A model generated the notes under the pieces. That model worked only from the letters and a program-made list of their open reading frames with translations. It ran no database searches and was not told where the DNA came from. This document shows positions 60,401 through 64,000 of a stretch of DNA of 64,000 nucleotides, in pieces. A program made the position numbers and the translations under genes. The stretch is from Heteronotia binoei (taxonomy: Eukaryota): positions 113,150,001 through 113,214,000 of the forward strand of contig NC_083224.1 in assembly GCF_032191835.1 (NCBI RefSeq), given 5' to 3'. The first letter of the stretch is position 1, and every line of letters begins with the position of its first letter.

Positions 60401-62706
60401 TTCTGTTAGCAATAAGCAGGTGAAATCAGATTCTTGAGTCTGTACGGCTTCATAGCAGTAAAAATATAAACTGGATTTAAAGCTAACATTACATAAAACA
60501 TTTGAAAAAAGTCTGGAAACAAACAATTTCAGCAGACAATATTTTGTACTGACTTTAGTATAAGTGGTGTGGGGGCAAAAGATCTAATCAGCGGGGGGGG
60601 GGGGGCTCACTGTTCCTTGCACTGAATAAGGTATAAAACAATGGACAGTCCAGACAAGATATGACAAGTCTAGGTCTGTTTAGTTGATATGCATTTGTTT
60701 GACATCTGTTGGTCTGCTTAATAGACCATTAGAAGCAGCCACAGGAGAAATAGCCAAATAAAGACAGTGTAATGATAACATAAAAACTTCTAAATAACCA
60801 ACGATGTTTTCTAGAATGCTGAAACCTCAAATGTAGAGAAAGAAAAATTCTGGGCTAGAAAATAAATATCATGTATTTAATTTATTAATTTATATAATTT
60901 ACACAATATAAAGCATAATTTATTTAAAATACTGCTCCTAAACATTATGCTGCATCTGCATTGTGCAAGTTTCCTAGATGTGCATTCTTAGATGTGTAGC
61001 ACCATGTTCTAATTTTTAAAATGTTTTTCCATCTCATAATATGCTAATATGCTTCTGTACCCAATACACTTTTTGCATATACTGAATCACAAATAAATTT
61101 AAAATTTAAAGTTTAAAATGTAAAAGTTGTGTTCCCTGGTTCTAATCATCAGGCCAATTCCATTTCTGCATGCAGTCACTGATCCTCCTTCCCATAATAC
61201 CCACAGAACAGGGTTACTTCGAATTTATATTCCACCCTCCCCAAGTGGGCTCAGGTGACAGATAAGAATGATAGGCTTATCAAGAGAGAAATCTGTCTTA
61301 AAGCTTCTTGCTCCTGTTATACTTACCATTACATGGCTGCCATGTACATGTCTCTTGAGCCATTCTAGTGCATACAAAATTATCCTTACACAAAAATTTT
61401 CACCACTGAATGTTAATCATATTTCTCAATACATTTCTTTCTCTAAAAGTGCAGTAACGAAGGCTCCATATAGCACAGGAGAAAAAAAATCCAGTTTATC
61501 ACCTTACATTAAGTGGTAGAACAGCAAAGAATTACCAGTGTCTAAGGATACAAATACACAACCAGTTAACTATAACATATGAATGGAGCAATTTTGAAAC
61601 AGCCCTTTACAGTGTTTTGAGAGAACTAGACTAGTGCATCACAGTGCAAAGATCTTGGTGCAACCACCAGAATGTACTTGAGAATGCTATTACTGAAGAA
61701 GCAGTCAGCATTTTGCTAGGTAACATGAACTATACAAATACCTTAAGGCAGGGGTGTCAAACATGCGGCCTGGGGGCTGAATCAGGCCCGAGCAACTAGC
61801 TGTCACCTTCTTCTTTCTCCCTCTCTCTTGCTTCCTTCTGCATCACAGCTTATTTTGCCAGGCTTGCTCAATTGCACAGGAGCTACAGAGCAAAGCCTCT
61901 ATTTTCTCCACTGGCTGAGGTTCCTCCTTTGGGAAGGAAGGGGGGAAGCAGATCTTGCTTTGCCAGGCTCTCTCAATTGCACAGCAGAGCTACTGAGCCA
62001 AGCTTCTCTTCCTTCTATTGGCTGAGGCTCCTCTCCCTCCTGATCTCCTGAGGAAGGAAGGAAAGAGCCAGAGCTTCCTTTGCCCAGTTCCCTGGATCCC
62101 ACAGGAGAGATACAAAGAAAGCACCTTTAAGACCAATGAGTGCTAATGTTTTAAGCATGTTTTAATTTAATTTTTTTTAAAAAATCTTTAACTGTGTTAG
62201 TCTGTATTCTTTATAGAATTTACCTCTCTGCTACCTAATCTTAAATAGGTACACACATGGCCTGGCATGACATGGCCCAGCCCAACCTGGTCTCATGTAT
62301 GTCAGATCCGGCATGTATGTCAGAATCACACGCTGGCCCCACCCTGCATCTTTGAAGCCAGCTACTGGCAACTGCATGTACTAGCAGGTGGGGCGAGGGA
62401 CTGCCCTTTGGAGTGAGTGTGCTAAGAGACCCCTTTTGAAGATGTAAAAATAGTGGGCTGAAGAGCACAGCTTATTGGAATGAGAGCAACCTCAGGGTCT
62501 TTCCCTATTACCTTAGGGTAAGTATGCAGCGGGTAGGTGCTCTGGCAGGTCCGCTGGCACGGAGCGGTACTTCCTAGCGCCGGCTCAAAACCCTCGGAAA
62601 GTGAGGAAGGAACAGGTTCGTCAGCAGCCCACGCTCCCTCGCGACCAAAGGAAAGTAAAAGGAAAAAAGTGCTTAGCACCAAGCGGCCCTGCCGCGTCAC
62701 CGCCAT
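54310..62706 (-). CDS. TMEM59: Transmembrane protein 59, 324/325 aa: join(62706-62512,60050-59945,58062-57968,57785-57633,57386-57305,56344(or 56347)-56263,55572-55464,54462-54310)
   Basis: Eight GT-AG exons totalling 975 nt in phase; signal peptide; CQSTYPLHTYPKEEELYACQRGCRLFSICQFVDDG; TM GWILTTTLILSILVLLWICCA; ATG16L1-binding pattern Y-x3-E-x4-Y-x2-L (YVPSEKLSIYGDL) retained. Confidence 0.96.
54715..54845 (+). mobile_element. 5S-headed SINE fragment
   Basis: gatctcatcagattttggaagctaag...agtacttggatgggag..caccaaggaa. Confidence 0.6.
55464..55572 (-). CDS. TMEM59: TMEM59 coding exon 7 (transmembrane)
   Basis: NSGWILTTTLILSILVLLWICCATVTTAVEQYVPSE; gtaact donor. Confidence 0.94.
56263..56347 (-). 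CDS. TMEM59: TMEM59 coding exon 6 (tandem CAGCAG acceptor: start 56347 or 56344)
   Basis: LQPRGPQIHSEFFEEDESDSFFKCIS; gtatgt donor. Confidence 0.9.
57305..57386 (-). CDS. TMEM59: TMEM59 coding exon 5
   Basis: SKPEVQYVQKPHQEAMDLKESTQSKAS; gtaagt donor. Confidence 0.9.
57633..57785 (-). CDS. TMEM59: TMEM59 coding exon 4
   Basis: LMSLMPRIHLLFPLTFVRSFWSDMM...WTFYLQADDGKIVIFQ. Confidence 0.94.
57968..58062 (-). CDS. TMEM59: TMEM59 coding exon 3
   Basis: ACTEAYSQSDEQYACHLGCQNQLPYAELRQEQ; gtgagt donor. Confidence 0.94.
59945..60050 (-). CDS. TMEM59: TMEM59 coding exon 2
   Basis: EEELYACQRGCRLFSICQFVDDGVDLNQTKLECDS; gtaaga donor. Confidence 0.94.
61749..62330. mobile_element. hAT non-autonomous element (family of 44636-46480) in TMEM59 intron 1
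   Basis: caggggtgtcaaacatg start and shared internal repeats. Confidence 0.75.
62512..62706 (-). CDS. TMEM59: TMEM59 coding exon 1
   Basis: aagATGGCG start; ends YPLHTYPK|gtaata. Confidence 0.93.
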
Positions 62707-62911
62707 CTTGCTGTCAATCCAACCAGACACTTACACCGTCGTTTGTTGTTGTATTGCTCCCTTCTTCCACATCCTGTTTCCGGGACCACGGCGGGGGTTA
62801 CAAATATGTCACGAGAGTTCGGTCGTGAGCGCCGCGTGACCTGACGGGAAATGTAGTTTTTTTTGTCCGATGGCGCTGCAGTCGCGGAAGTGAAGGTACG
62901 GTTTCCGAGGT
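62700..62911. promoter_or_regulatory. CpG-island bidirectional promoter for TMEM59(-) and the next gene(+)
   Basis: YY1-type CGCCATCTTG at 62701-62710 overlapping the TMEM59 ATG; ZNF143-associated GGGAAATGTAGT at 62846-62857; ETS CGGAAGTG at 62885-62892; CpG-rich. Confidence 0.8.
62860..62909 (+). other. TCEANC2: Probable non-coding first exon of TCEANC2 (start approximate)
   Basis: Strong donor GAG|gtaagg at 62910 facing away from TMEM59. The gene name comes from synteny only; no coding exon was found in the window. Confidence 0.55.
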
Positions 62912-64000
62912 AAGGGTGTTTTAAATGAAATTGCTCAATTAGACCTTCTCTGCTCTATTCGAAATAAGAAGTTATCATCTGTCCATCCATTTCAGGCAAC
63001 ATCCTCGGTCCAAAATTTATTATTTTCTGCCTCCTTAAAGTATTGATTCCTTCCTACCCGTAGAAGCTATGCTCTTTCAGTTTACCTGTCCCACTCGTCT
63101 CGTTGCCTGAAATCCAATTTTTAGTCCTGGTCAAAGCTTCTGTGTCTCTGTTAGGCTGAGTTTCAGCAGGTGTGGCGTACATCATGGTTCAGTATTCAGT
63201 AATTCTATGAAATTTATTTATTTATTATTTATTACCTTTAATTTATACCCCGCTCTCTTCGCTCTCTTTTTACCAGGCTGTCTCACAGTGGTTAAGGGCA
63301 TGGGACTCTGGAGTCCTGGCAGGAAAAGAAGCTGACAGCCTTAATCTTACCTCCCCCCCCCCCCGCCGCCCCCAAAGAATTTTGTTCTTTAATTCTTGAG
63401 ACATCCTCGTTAGGACCTTGGGTGTAAGTCTGTTTGAAAGCAATGCAGCTATTTAATGGACACCCTTCCTTTCCTCTGAAAAAAAGTTTTGGTTTTTGGT
63501 GGCACATCAAGCCTGTTTTGAATATTAGGCCTCAGCCATATGAAACATTTCTATTGAATATTATTGAACATATTATGTAGCAGTAAAGAAGCAACTGCTT
63601 CTTACCACTGAGTGGTAACAGTGGAATTTTAGAAATCTGCACTTGGAGGAGAATTTCCAAATCAGAGGACATATGAACCTTGGCACTTTGTAGCTAATAT
63701 TAACTACAGGCCACCCCTGCTTTTCTTGGGTTGGGCTGCTTATGGTCTGGAACCCAATTTCCTTGTATGCATAATTTATGTATTTAACTTAAATTCTAGT
63801 TGTCTAGTCCAAATGAGCCTGCAAGCTGGCTGACAAAAAGGATAGAACAGTCATGAGAAATATAATAAAAAAACACTGGTTTAAATTATTTAAAATAGCC
63901 AGTAACAATTGTAATACCACATTTTTTCCGGGCGCACACCTCTCCTACATTCCTAATTGCCCAAACATAGAGCACTAAAACCATCTCTAGTCACCACTCC

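Noticed and set aside
62707-62730. ORF-track N-terminal extension MSGWIDSK of TMEM59
   Set aside because: It begins at GTG; the aagATGGCG at 62706 matches the orthologue start and precedes the signal peptide.
62912-64000. TCEANC2 coding sequence
   Set aside because: No matching ORF or convincing exon was found; the region appears intronic.

Overview
Vertebrate nuclear DNA, most likely a squamate (gecko-like SINE, MITE, CR1 and Penelope repertoire; the species is an inference). It carries the conserved syntenic block DIO1(+; last coding exon and 3'UTR with SECIS) - IFT25/HSPB11(-) - LRRC42(+) - LDLRAD1(-) - TMEM59(-) - probable first non-coding exon of TCEANC2(+). I reconstructed all coding exons of IFT25, LRRC42, LDLRAD1 and TMEM59 by hand; they have GT-AG junctions and consistent phases. 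Protein identities rest on recalled orthologue sequences, not on a database search. Introns and intergenic DNA are dense with transposons: L1, CR1, L2, RTE, Rex1/Babar, Penelope-like terminal repeats, hAT MITEs, a Tc1 foldback derivative and SINEs. Most notable: (1) young TSD-flanked Penelope-type inverted repeats with intact minimal hammerhead ribozyme cores on both strands; (2) three retroelement insertions of different clades that each contain a 45-81 nt copy of nearby genomic DNA; (3) the ancestral LRRC42 start codon reads ATC; (4) a Tc1 element built from two right ends; (5) a nested insertion with a hammerhead relic between the DIO1 stop codon and its SECIS. There are no prokaryotic features or CRISPR arrays.
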